A stretch of 61,193 nt of DNA, the filler included, from Sphacelaria rigidula (taxonomy: Eukaryota), in assembly GCA_964200075.2 (NCBI GenBank). It is 4 parts of 4 records of this genome, joined end to end, with 100 filler letters (N's around TTAATTAATTAA, not from the genome) between each part and the next. Parts side by side here need not be neighbours in the genome. Positions count along the whole stretch, not along the records: positions 15,326 to 30,549 come from CAXNAA020001853.1; positions 30,650 to 45,871 come from CAXNAA020001854.1; 2 more parts are not named here. One strand, written 5' to 3'. Within the stretch, counting starts at the first letter, position 1, and the number at the start of each line of letters is the position of its first letter. The notes below the pieces were generated by a model. That model had not been told where the DNA came from. It did not search any database and saw only the letters and a list, made by a program, of their open reading frames with translations. Shown here piece after piece: positions 28,103 through 38,199 of this stretch. The translations under genes and the position numbers were made by a program.

Positions 28103-28350
28103 GATATATGTATATATATGTACATGACTGGCTTAAACTGGAATATGATATGCGACACACACATACCCACACACAAGAACGAAAACACACCCCCACACAC
28201 ACAAGCTCAACTCTCTCTCACCTCCGACAGGTAGGCGATGTTGTCGTCCCTAGATTTGCTCCCAGGGGGCAGAGCTAAGAACGCATACCACTGCATTCGC
28301 CCTCGTCCAATATCGGAGGTCACGAAATACTGTCCAGGGCCGATGTACAC
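19144..28350 (-). CDS. ZEP: Zeaxanthin epoxidase (FAD-dependent monooxygenase), 3' portion; no FHA domain
   Basis: Exons 28350-28222 (VYIGPGQYFVTSDIGRGRMQWYAFL), 26579-26484 (RDLYDRPPS), 23948-23817 ([24 protein letters not shown]), 22872-22738, 20381-20266 and 19300-19144 (stop). All GT-AG and phase-consistent. N-terminal exons were not found on this scaffold. Confidence 0.92.
20558..21278 (-). mobile_element. Older family A SINE split by the nested insertion (20558-20854 plus 21225-21278)
   Basis: The two parts rejoin (..CCGATATTCGACCCCAC | GTCCCAACCGTCA..) to match the intact head at ~8060-8130. Confidence 0.75.
20855..21222 (+). mobile_element. tRNA-derived SINE (family A) inserted into another copy
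   Basis: Full head, body and CA tail; it interrupts a minus-strand copy. Confidence 0.85.
26243..26464. mobile_element. MITE (family D)
   Basis: Homologous to 7500-7762; inverted GATCATGATC-containing ends. Confidence 0.75.
26785..27075 (+). mobile_element. Family A SINE, 5'-truncated
   Basis: Body and 3' end (GACTGGCGTCCAGAA..GACAACAAC) match the family; the tRNA head is missing. Confidence 0.8.
27330..27690 (+). mobile_element. Degenerate LINE-like 3' fragment (family C)
   Basis: Shares TGGCCACAGAMGGCGAAACA, ACGGTGCTCCRTCTCG and AGCAACAAATGAG with the inverted copy at 28860-29245; broken reading frame LGDRCWPQTAKQE. The LINE assignment is inferred. Confidence 0.6.
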
Positions 28351-28558
28351 CTGTGTTGCGGTTCATTTTCCACGAAATCCGTAAATGTATGCGTATATGC
28401 ATGTATGCATGTGTCGGGGAGGAGGAGGGGGGGGGGGGGGGGGGGGGGGTGGGGGGGAGGGGGAAAAGGGGGACCAGTGCCCTTAAGGTGGGTGTTTTTA
28501 AACGGGNNNNNNNNNNTTCGTGTGTAGTCGGAAGTGTGTGGGTTGTTTTGGTTGGGGT

Positions 28559-28593
<35 letters not shown>

Positions 28594-28859
28594 ACTGTGC
28601 AGGAATGTGAAAATGTGGACACATGCACTTCAAGTTGGTTGTCTTCAACGAGCGAACACAACGCTGCCATCTTTGCTTGTGCCGACGATACCTATTGACG
28701 GGGAAGTCGTATCCGCCGCCGTAACGGACGGCTCAGTGACGCAAACTGCGGTTCCTTCTCACCATGTACTCTCTGACTACTCTTTCCCTTAGCATCCGGG
28801 CCGCAATAAAACGATACGCATGTCACATACAGGAGTCACCATCAAACGAAGAAGGGGGC

Positions 28860-29245
28860 ACGCGAGGGGGGGCGGGGGGCGGGCGGGTACTCATTTGTTG
28901 CTAGCCTTGGTTGTTCCACCATCAACCACCCATCCCTTCCGAGACGGAGCACCGTGACTACTCCCAATAGAGTCACCTTCAACATTTGGGTGCGCATCAC
29001 GTTTTCCCTATATATTACACAAAAGCGTTGAATTTTACTTATCTCATACTCGTCCTGTTTCGCCTTCTGTGGCCACCATGTATCTTCTTTTATAGCCATC
29101 GTTTTTGCCCAAATGTCTAGTGCATTACACGATTTCATGCCACCTTCGTTCACGTCCCGCATTTCCCCCTCCAGCATGTCCCATTCCTCCTTGTATACTT
29201 TACGTTTTGCCACTATATGAGTTCCACTCTCAATTGCTGTGCCAC
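28860..29245 (-). mobile_element. Degenerate LINE-like 3' fragment (family C)
   Basis: Homologous to 27330-27690; translation YKEEWDMLEGEMR...WWPQKAKQD. Confidence 0.6.
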
Positions 29246-29734
29246 AAGGGAAATTATGTGCATCTTCTGGACGGGGGGGGGGGGGGGGTACTTTCCATTG
29301 GGACGGTTTTTGTTTTTATTTTTTTTAAAGTTCCAAATAAATGGGAATGGGTGACGGTTTCCCCNNNNNNNNNNCTTCTCTTCTTCCTTTTTTTTTGCCT
29401 ACTCTTCCTCTACCCTTGCGTGCGAGGAGGGGGAGGTTTAGTGTTGTGGTCGGGGGGGGGGGGGGGGGGGGGGGGGGGTACTTTCCAGTGGGACGTGTTT
29501 TGATTATGATTTCATCAATGTACCAAATCAATGGCAATTGGTGACGGTATCGCCGACTTGCCGTGACCGTTCATCAAAAAGCGACATTTAGGTCATAATC
29601 CAATGGATAATGACCGCAGCATCATCGGGCTTGCTCCTCATCACGCGCCTGAAGGCGCAACCATCGATTCAAGGGGCGATGAAAATCCAGATTGTACCCA
29701 CACACTACAGGCTGGGCCGCCCAAGACGCGGACA

Positions 29735-30390
29735 GGGATGTGAACACGCGATTCGACAGGTGAGTTTCACGTTGTTTTCAATGAAATTTCGACACGATGT
29801 ACAGGATGTATGTGCCAAGACGCCACTTTTTCCTACATATTTTTTTTCTTTTTTTTTCGAAGTTATTCACGATTTTGTTGCGAAAAAATGTTCCGAAATG
29901 TTTGATCGTCGATAACTCACGGGGGGAAAAAAATAAATGTAGAGGGGAAATGGTGGTGTCTTTGCATATACATCATGTACATCGTGTCAAAATTTCATTG
30001 AAAACGACCTGAAACTCAGCTGTTAAATCGCGTGTTCGTATCCAAGCCTGGTTCCTATGTGGAGATCAACCAGCCACGAAAAAATGAAACGCGGTTATGC
30101 TCTTGAATTTCAAGTATTTTTTCACGAAATTTCGACGATGCGCATGAGGTATGTTTTGAACTCCATATTGTCCCCCCTCGACATTTTTTTCTTCGATAAG
30201 TTGTCGACGCTTTTGCACCAGAAACAAAATGTTCCGAAATTTATATCACCAATAGTATACAAGGAAAAGAAAAACAAAAGGGGGGGGGGGGGGGGCAAAC
30301 GGCAGGGGATTCACATATACCCCCATGTATGCCGTGTCAAAATTTCATGAAAAACGACTCGAAATTGAGCAGTGAAATCGCGTTTTTCTG
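29735..30390. mobile_element. Two tandem copies of a ~310-bp MITE (29735-30043 and ~30077-30390)
   Basis: Copy 1 has ~80-bp TIRs (GAACACGCGATT..TTTTCAATGAAATTT.GACACGATGTACA); copy 2 shares the interior AAATGTTCCGAAAT and the right end CGTGTCAAAATTTCAT.AAAACGAC. Confidence 0.7.
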
Positions 30391-30549
30391 ACGAGGACCG
30401 GTTCACTTGCTTTTAGAGTGTAATAACCTCAGCCGGAACTTTAACATTTTCTACAAGCGCGACGCCTCGGCGCGCTGGAGGTCTCGTCTGCGTGTCATCC
30501 CAGACACTGCGCGCCTACAGTACGACATGCCTTGTTATACAACCACAAC

Positions 30550-30649
30550 NNNNNNNNNNNNNNNNNNNNNNNNNNNNNNNNNNNNNNNNNNNNTTAATTA
30601 ATTAANNNNNNNNNNNNNNNNNNNNNNNNNNNNNNNNNNNNNNNNNNNN
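30550..30649. other. Artificial scaffold-joining linker
   Basis: Same 44N-TTAATTAATTAA-44N structure. Confidence 0.97.
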
Positions 30650-31192
30650 GGGGGGGGTGTACTCATGATCATGCATGCCATAGTCATAAGACCATTGACC
30701 TCGCATAACCGGGGGGGGGTGTTCCCCAAAGCCCATGTGCCATTTGTGGCAGCTGATGAAAACGAAGTAGAACGCAGTGTGGGGATTGGTTGGAAAAATT
30801 GGCCAGTTACTCCGATTGGCTGAGAAACCTCCATTTTGTGTGCCTCCATTGCACAGTTTCGCAAAGAACACACACACACCTAGGGATATGACTGAGGGCT
30901 AGAGATCAGACATGTCGGGCTAAGTGCATGATCGCCGTTCTTATGCGAGCAACCGTTTCGGGTCCGTGTCAACGGTGCGGCTGAGACACTGCCAAGATAA
31001 ATTCACCTGTCCATCTCCATTACACACGAAACGTTGACACAACAGCAACACCAAGTAGATGATACGTCTATGCCCCCGTGTTTGGCGAGAGAACTTCCCG
31101 TCCAGAGGGTATTGTCAACCCAACATCTCTAAAAACGCCTCGCGTTTCTCGTCTCTTATGCGGGGTGCTGCTCTTCATGTAGCTCTGCTCAC

Positions 31193-34100
31193 CTGACCTT
31201 TCCCCGGCGCCCAAATATCGTCAGAAAACATCTGCAAAACGATCAACGCCCACGCCCAGTTGTCACTCGTTGGCGGAGTCACTGTCGGTAAATTACTCCA
31301 ACCGCCGCCAAGTTCTTGACAAGATTTAACGTGCTGCATGACTTCCTCGATTGGCTGATGGCCGCCTGCTATTCGCGACGTTTGCCGAGTTTCCTCCGTA
31401 CTGCCGCCGATGCCACCCTTGATTCCATCGGAACCGTCTACACCCTTGCTGTGAAGTCGTTCGATGGGTTCTCGCGGTTGCTGGGCTGGCGAGGCTGAGC
31501 CTCCCGTGTGCTGGCGATACGCTTCCCGTATCTGGGCTATCTCCGGGCTCTAGCACGACACAAAGGAACGGCGAGCGAGTAAAATCCGGATGGTGAAGGG
31601 ACGGCAAAAGCAAAGGAGGCAGCATCACTAATCTTTCACCTGTACTGAGTGTTCACCAACGAGCAACGCACCCAAGTCCCGCGAAACGAAGACAAACAAC
31701 ACGCCTCGATCCTTCCAACCGGAGCTGCTAGGCGTCGGTCGCGGGCAGTGCTGACTAAAGACGTCCTCGTTCCCACGAAATTTAACCCATTCCGTGCGAT
31801 GGCCAACCATACCAACTTATTATGGCGCTACAATTTCTGCACCAGTCCCGCCCATCGCGAATCTCTGGTCAATTAATCTCTGTTTTTTCCCGCTCACACA
31901 AACCTGGTAGTCCGGACACGTAGCATTGCTGAAGTGTGTCATCAAAACCTCACTGTGTGATCCACGAGATGGACGCAGTGAACATTGCTGTTGCTGATGC
32001 TGTTTTCTCTCCCGAAACTTAGGCGACAGGGATACGCGGTAGATTGATGGCCTTTTCCACGCTTCTCCCTCGCTAGCATGGTCGTAGTTCGGGCGCAGTA
32101 ACGCCTCCCAAGTAGGGGTAACCAACACATCTTCCGGTTTCACATCTTGAAGGATCAGCTTTCGATGATGCGGAACGAAAAACACGTTGGAACGGGGGTC
32201 TGGTGAGGAAAGCGGAGGTGCGCTGTTCCAGGAACGGACCGGTCTGCAAGCAGAAAACATCGCAGAGCAGGGGATGGAAGCTGGCGAGCGCTGCTATTCC
32301 GTAGGACATATTATTGTACCGTGTGGGCGATGACCTCTTGCGGCGGTATGGCCTATAAAGTTCCATGAACGTCGAGGGCAAACTGAGTGGCCAAAACAAA
32401 AGCTTACCCCTCGGCGGTGGCAGTGAGCCATGGCCGCAGCCAGCTGTCTCGCAAGCATCAGCATCCGATCGACCACACCCGTAACCTCGGCACTATCTCC
32501 GACGCCTGAGCTTCTCGTGCCGCCTTCCCTACTCCTGCCAGCACCGCTCCAAACCCTGCCCTCTCGATACAAAGCGCCCCCAAGCGCTTCCTGTAGCGTA
32601 ATACATCCGCTGGGCGCACTGTCGACTATTATGGTCAAGCTTGACGATCCCCAGGTTATGTCTCTGACAGCACCCACCAACCCGACGTGGAACCCGACCA
32701 TCGCCGCTCGCCCGACCGCTTTCAGCACCTGCACACATTCTCGGCCGCGTATGCACGGCGAGGCAAGAAGGAGAGCCCTGGAAGTTGGCGAGAGGTTGAC
32801 CCACCCAGGGAGAGATTTGGTGAGCCCAGGCCGACCCGTGGATGGAGTACAAACTTGCACCCTAGCGCGAGCGTCACGATTGCTGTCGTCGGCGGCAATC
32901 GATTGTCGTTTTGGTGTTAACGGAGGCGTTTGGTTATTGCCCGCCGCCCGTGGTGTCGTTATCTCCTGCGTTGCATTTCCCGCTCCCATCGCTGCTGCTA
33001 AGGCGGCAGCGGCCCCTTCTCCGTCGAAAGTATGGTGGACTATGTTGTACGACTGGCGGGATAGCGCACAGCCTCCTGAGGATGATTCCGGGTTGCGCCA
33101 CCTCGCTGTGTACACCTCTGCTCCACCACCGGAGCACCAGCTCGCTTCTTGGGCGGACAACAACCCGTCAATCACAAAGGCTCCTGCCCCTCTTCCTGCC
33201 TGTCCTTGTCCAGACGGGTGGCATCGTAGAATCTCATCGGCGGATTTGCTGTCGGCGGTGCCGACCAAGGGAACCCTCCCGTCGCAAGTGATTTCATCCC
33301 CAATCCCGAAACATCGGTTCTGAAACGCGAGCGAATTACGGAAAACGGAATACGCGGTGGGTGGGGTATGAGATGAGAAAAGACACCCCAAAAAGACACG
33401 GACATGTCTCCCCGGTCATCTGAGTGAAGAACTTTATGAACAGAGGATCTAGCCCACCACCTCCGACTCTCATCTCTCACGTGTTACTACAATGACGGGT
33501 GTCGGAAGTGATCCTCTCGGTAGAACGCCAAAGGAACCTCGTGAGATATTTTTTCACAGCCATAAAAAGCATTATCACCCATGGAACCAAGGGCTCCCGT
33601 TATTCTCTGTTCATACACACCCCGCCACCGCTCCCCACCATTTGTTTTTGGCATATATACATTCCCGTTGTTGTTCTAAAAAAATAACGAAATATCGTTC
33701 TACAGGCTGCAGTGGTGTGGCTGCAGTAGTGTGGCTGCAGCAGTGGCCTGACTGATTCTCATAGATATTCGGTGTGTCACCTGGATACCTATTTTCCCCC
33801 GCTTTCTGGTGGTGCGGTGGTGATCTCTATTCAACTTCGTGGCTCAGTCCAATATCTTCTTTTTTTCAACCACCACCTGAGTTTCGATTTCCCCGACCGA
33901 CCCGTGGCTAAAATGTATGTGTCAATCTCTCAGGTAATGTACCTCCTTCCTCGGAGAACGGCAATAGTCCACCATCACCTCAGTCGGCTTGAGTCGGATG
34001 CCTGCTTACCGGGTGTCTGGCCGCTCAATCAAGTGAACCCAGAGAACCCTTGTAGTCTTTCCCCCGTCGAAGAATTAACTTCGAGGCGTGACTCGCTACC

Positions 34101-36556
34101 TGAGAGATGCGAACTTTTTTTTTGCTACCCCACAAACGACGTGAAAATTTGGCGTTTGTCAACGAGAGTCCCTTTGTTGACTCCACATACCTTCATACAG
34201 AAAGCTAAATATGCGCCCCGACAAAAGTCAACGGTGTTCTCGCAGGTGTTCATGTAAGCATGAAAAGAAGAGGAGGAGATGCTCAAGCGCTCTTACACTG
34301 ACGGACGAGAAACAAAAAAACATTCGTCTGTTGGCCAGGGGCTTTCTGCAGACCTTTCACCTCGAGGGCCGAATTCAGGAGTTCCTGACTTCCGTAAATC
34401 CTGCGAGAGGCGTCGGTCCTTCCGCGCGGGGCACCGAAGGCACGTCTACTCGACGGGTAATCAGTGCTCCCCTGTTAGATTCGTGTTGACAGATTTCCGA
34501 GATCGAAGGACGAACATATGAAAGGAAGCAACCGCAAAGAAAAAAAAAACGATATGTTTCCATGCTTTGCCTGCGTAGAGGTTGTCACGGAAGCCAGCAG
34601 GCGTTCTCTTCGTGAGCAGGCGACGAAGATATGCGACGACCGATCGGGGTGGTCGTGCACGGTGACAAGCCCGAGCGAGAACAAACCTTGCGGCAGCTTT
34701 GCAGCAGGGAGCAGGGAGCAAAGACGGTGCCGCGCAGTTGAAGCGTGTTGCGTCAACAATAATCCTCTATAGCAGCTTGCAGGTATTCTTGGAAAAGGGT
34801 GCTGCTACCTACGTTACGTTCGAGCGAAAGGACAGTTGATTCGACAGCACTCACGAGCTACTTTTGTCAACTCTTGAAAATAAGCTTATCCAGACGCTGA
34901 CTGAATGCAGGCGTAGTCTCTCATTTGGAACGCCCTGCACTGAGTAGTAGCACCTGCAACACTCGACTATCGAAGCCCACAGAAGCACTCAAATCTTCGT
35001 CGTGTTGGTTCAGGATCACGGCTTCCAACATCTCCCCGAGCGCGCCAGGCTTATCTCCCATAGCACTCTTAGCCGAACCCAACGCTTGACGATACTTGCC
35101 GTTATCAGGGCAAATCGAGACGGCCTGCTCCAGGTGATGTAGGGCATCCGCGCACTATCCAGTGGGAGAATGCGTAAAGATAACAGGACGGAGATAGAGG
35201 CAATCAAATTCATCAGATGTATATTCAGAGCGGTATCAAGAGGCGAGCGAGTGGGATACATGACCAGGGCATCTTGGCTTGACAGCACATGTAGCTAATT
35301 TGAACGTTTTTTTTCTAAATTGCGAGAATCCTGACCTGACGGGGCATTCTATTTCAGCCAGTTTAAGCTTTCGCACTATTATATGCACTAAACGCAGCGA
35401 GATTACGCTGGCTGATCCTCATGCCCCTGGAGTTCCACCTGTGCGGCGTCGATTGTCGAGACGGACCCACGGGTCTGACCTGGATTGTATTATTCTGCGA
35501 AGAAATTGCTGCGTACGAACTTTATCAATCCTACCAACATGTGACGTAGCTCGCAAACGGGGGATTTCGTTGTTCAGCAATTTTATACCTCGCCGATGTC
35601 GAGCAGGGCGGTTCCCAGGTACCACCGGAATAAAGCCATGCTGGGGGATTGCCGCTCACCCGCGCTTCGCTCCAACACCCGCACGCCTTCCCTGTATTCC
35701 TCGAGCGCCTGTCCTCGCCTGTTCCCTCCCTTCAAGAATAAGGCTTTCCCGAGCCACATGTGCAAACGGCCCACCTGCATACGAGTTTAGAAACAGACTG
35801 ATGGGAGAAAGCTTGCACATAATGGCAGCTCCCTGCCGGCTGGAATAAAATGATTCAGTGGTGTCGATAAAATACGAGGTTAGTTTGTCCCTCTGCACGT
35901 TCGGTCTGCCTAATGCAGGACTACCTGCTGTATTATCTTCTCCCCTCGGGTACTGGTCTTGTGAAAAGCGGACGCGACCATACAGATTCGAAACACCATT
36001 TCGCCTTCGCACCTTGCCGTGATTTTCCTCTTCCTCGTTTTCGACCACCTCTTGCCCACAAAGTGACGATACGGTGGGAGCGGCCGCTGTAGGGCACGGG
36101 ACGATCGCTTCGCCCGATGCTAGCGCTCGTTTGAGAGCCCGTGATAGCCGTGTCGCAACAACCTTGCCCGTGGAGAGCAGTCCGCACGCAGCGCGGCATA
36201 AGTGGGGCACCGAGTTACGTAGTGCCACGGCACCACGTGAAAATTGCGAACCTTGGGCATGATCGTTCAGCAAACTGAAGTATGAATCGAGTTGAAAAAA
36301 CAGCATCACGCAGGGATCTCCTAGCACGGGAAGTCAAGAGGAACGCAGAGCATATATCCCACGCAGGCGATGTTTTGATTATTTATTTATTTTTTTCCTG
36401 TTTTATCGCGTCTGTGTGAAATTTTCAGGGTTCACTTTTTTTTTACCCTCTTTTACCCTGTATTGGGGTAGTCGGCCTGTGACCACGGAAGGCGTCCGCA
36501 TCAGATGCCCAGTACAGAGTATTGCGCAGATATCGGAACGGTTTTTTAATGTAAAG

Positions 36557-36592
<36 letters not shown>

Positions 36593-37805
36593 GCAGCAAC
36601 AGCAACAGCAACAAGGCGATGCTTTGACGCAAGAAGCCCATACCTTCAGTCGACTCTGAATCAGTCTAAAATCGGTGACGCACAAAATGTACAACACTCG
36701 GCGGTTGTTCTCTGTCACCTACCTCCATCGAACCCGGCCTCGCATGTGGTTCCTCAGTCAGCATATCTTTCAACACGGCAAGAACATCCTCCGGCACGTC
36801 GATATGACACATGTTCTTTTTTCCGCCCATGGTGCGGCCTCTTTCGCCAACATCTTGATTTGCATCTTCTGCATCTATCACCCTCCCTCCCCCGGCACTA
36901 CCACTACCACTGCCATTACCAACACCGCCACCAGTACCACTTCCATTCCCACCACCACCACCACCACAGCCAGCTCCAGCCTGATCCCCGGCTTCTACGC
37001 TACCATGACTACTCTTGGCCTTTTGCGAGATCCTTTCCAAAAGAACGGCTGCATTTTCACCGAGTCCTGACTCGAGCGCCGCCAGCCCACCCGCGTACAA
37101 TTCCAGAATTACAACTCCCGCTGCCCACATGTCGCTGCGGTGCGTAAAAGGCGTCACAGCAGATGGTTTCCTTGATCGACGTTCGGTGCCTCCGGTGCCT
37201 TCGGTGTCTTCGGTGTCTTCGGGTGGCGACTTTCGGGTGTAGAGGCGATGGCGGTGAGGAAAAGGCGGGTGGGCCGGTGGGCGAGGAATAAATGTACACG
37301 CAATTGAGGATTTGTCTCTGACATGTGGTCAAATGCTGTCGCGTAGATATTAGGCAGGCGAGGAACATCACACCTGAAATCGGCTGAGTGCTTAATCGAT
37401 GTCCTCCGATGGGCATGCCGTACTTGCGCCTCATCTGGCACTTCTTACTTCATGCACCAGTTCTTTCAATATACATCCACGCTGTCGTCCGCCTTTGGTG
37501 CCTCGTGTAAGGCTCACAAAAATCAAAAGCCCGCATCCAGTTTCGCTCGTGGTGACGAGCTATGATTTTCTCTTGACAAGGGCAATATTGTACGGTCCAC
37601 GTCCCCGCCCATCGTTTTACGCTTGAGTGCAGAAATACCTGCTGACCCCCAAGGGGTGATCCCCCACCGATGTTGTAGTCCAAGTTCTCGGCCATAATCG
37701 CACATATCTCAGGAGATCGGTATCGCGGCGTGTACCCTTTGAGGGTGCCATACAGGACGTTGTTCGCGGACGTTCGTCGCTCACTGGTATCCTTGTTGCC
37801 GTCGC

Positions 37806-37868
<63 letters not shown>

Positions 37869-38159
37869 CGTCGTCGTCGTCGCCGCCGCCGTCGTCGTGG
37901 TCGTCGTGGCCAACGCCATCCTCGCTGCGGTTGACAGGAACATCGGTCGGAAGGTTTCCAGTAGGAAGTCGATTTCCTCCGCTGACAAGTATTCTCTGCG
38001 GCGGTTCTGTACAGTCATTCTCCGAATCAGAAGAGGTCGAAGCTTTTGTCACGGTCGGTGGAGTGCCGAAGTGACCAGCTGTGGCGAACCCGAAATCGGC
38101 GATGAATATCTGCCCGTCGTTGCTCACCATGACATTGGCCGATTTCATGTCCTACGAGG

Positions 38160-38199
<40 letters not shown>

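Noticed and set aside
27778..28278. Poly-Lys / poly-Phe ORFs
   Set aside because: They are translations of an intronic A-rich tract at ~27995-28101.
25110..29480. Poly-G runs as G-quadruplex elements or poly-Pro/Gly ORFs
   Set aside because: They cluster beside 10-N gaps at ~25209, ~28507 and ~29365, which suggests low-quality or poly-G sequencing artefacts.
32430..33323. 297-aa + strand ORF
   Set aside because: It is the antisense shadow of the GC-rich kinase 2 exon and has no recognisable motifs.
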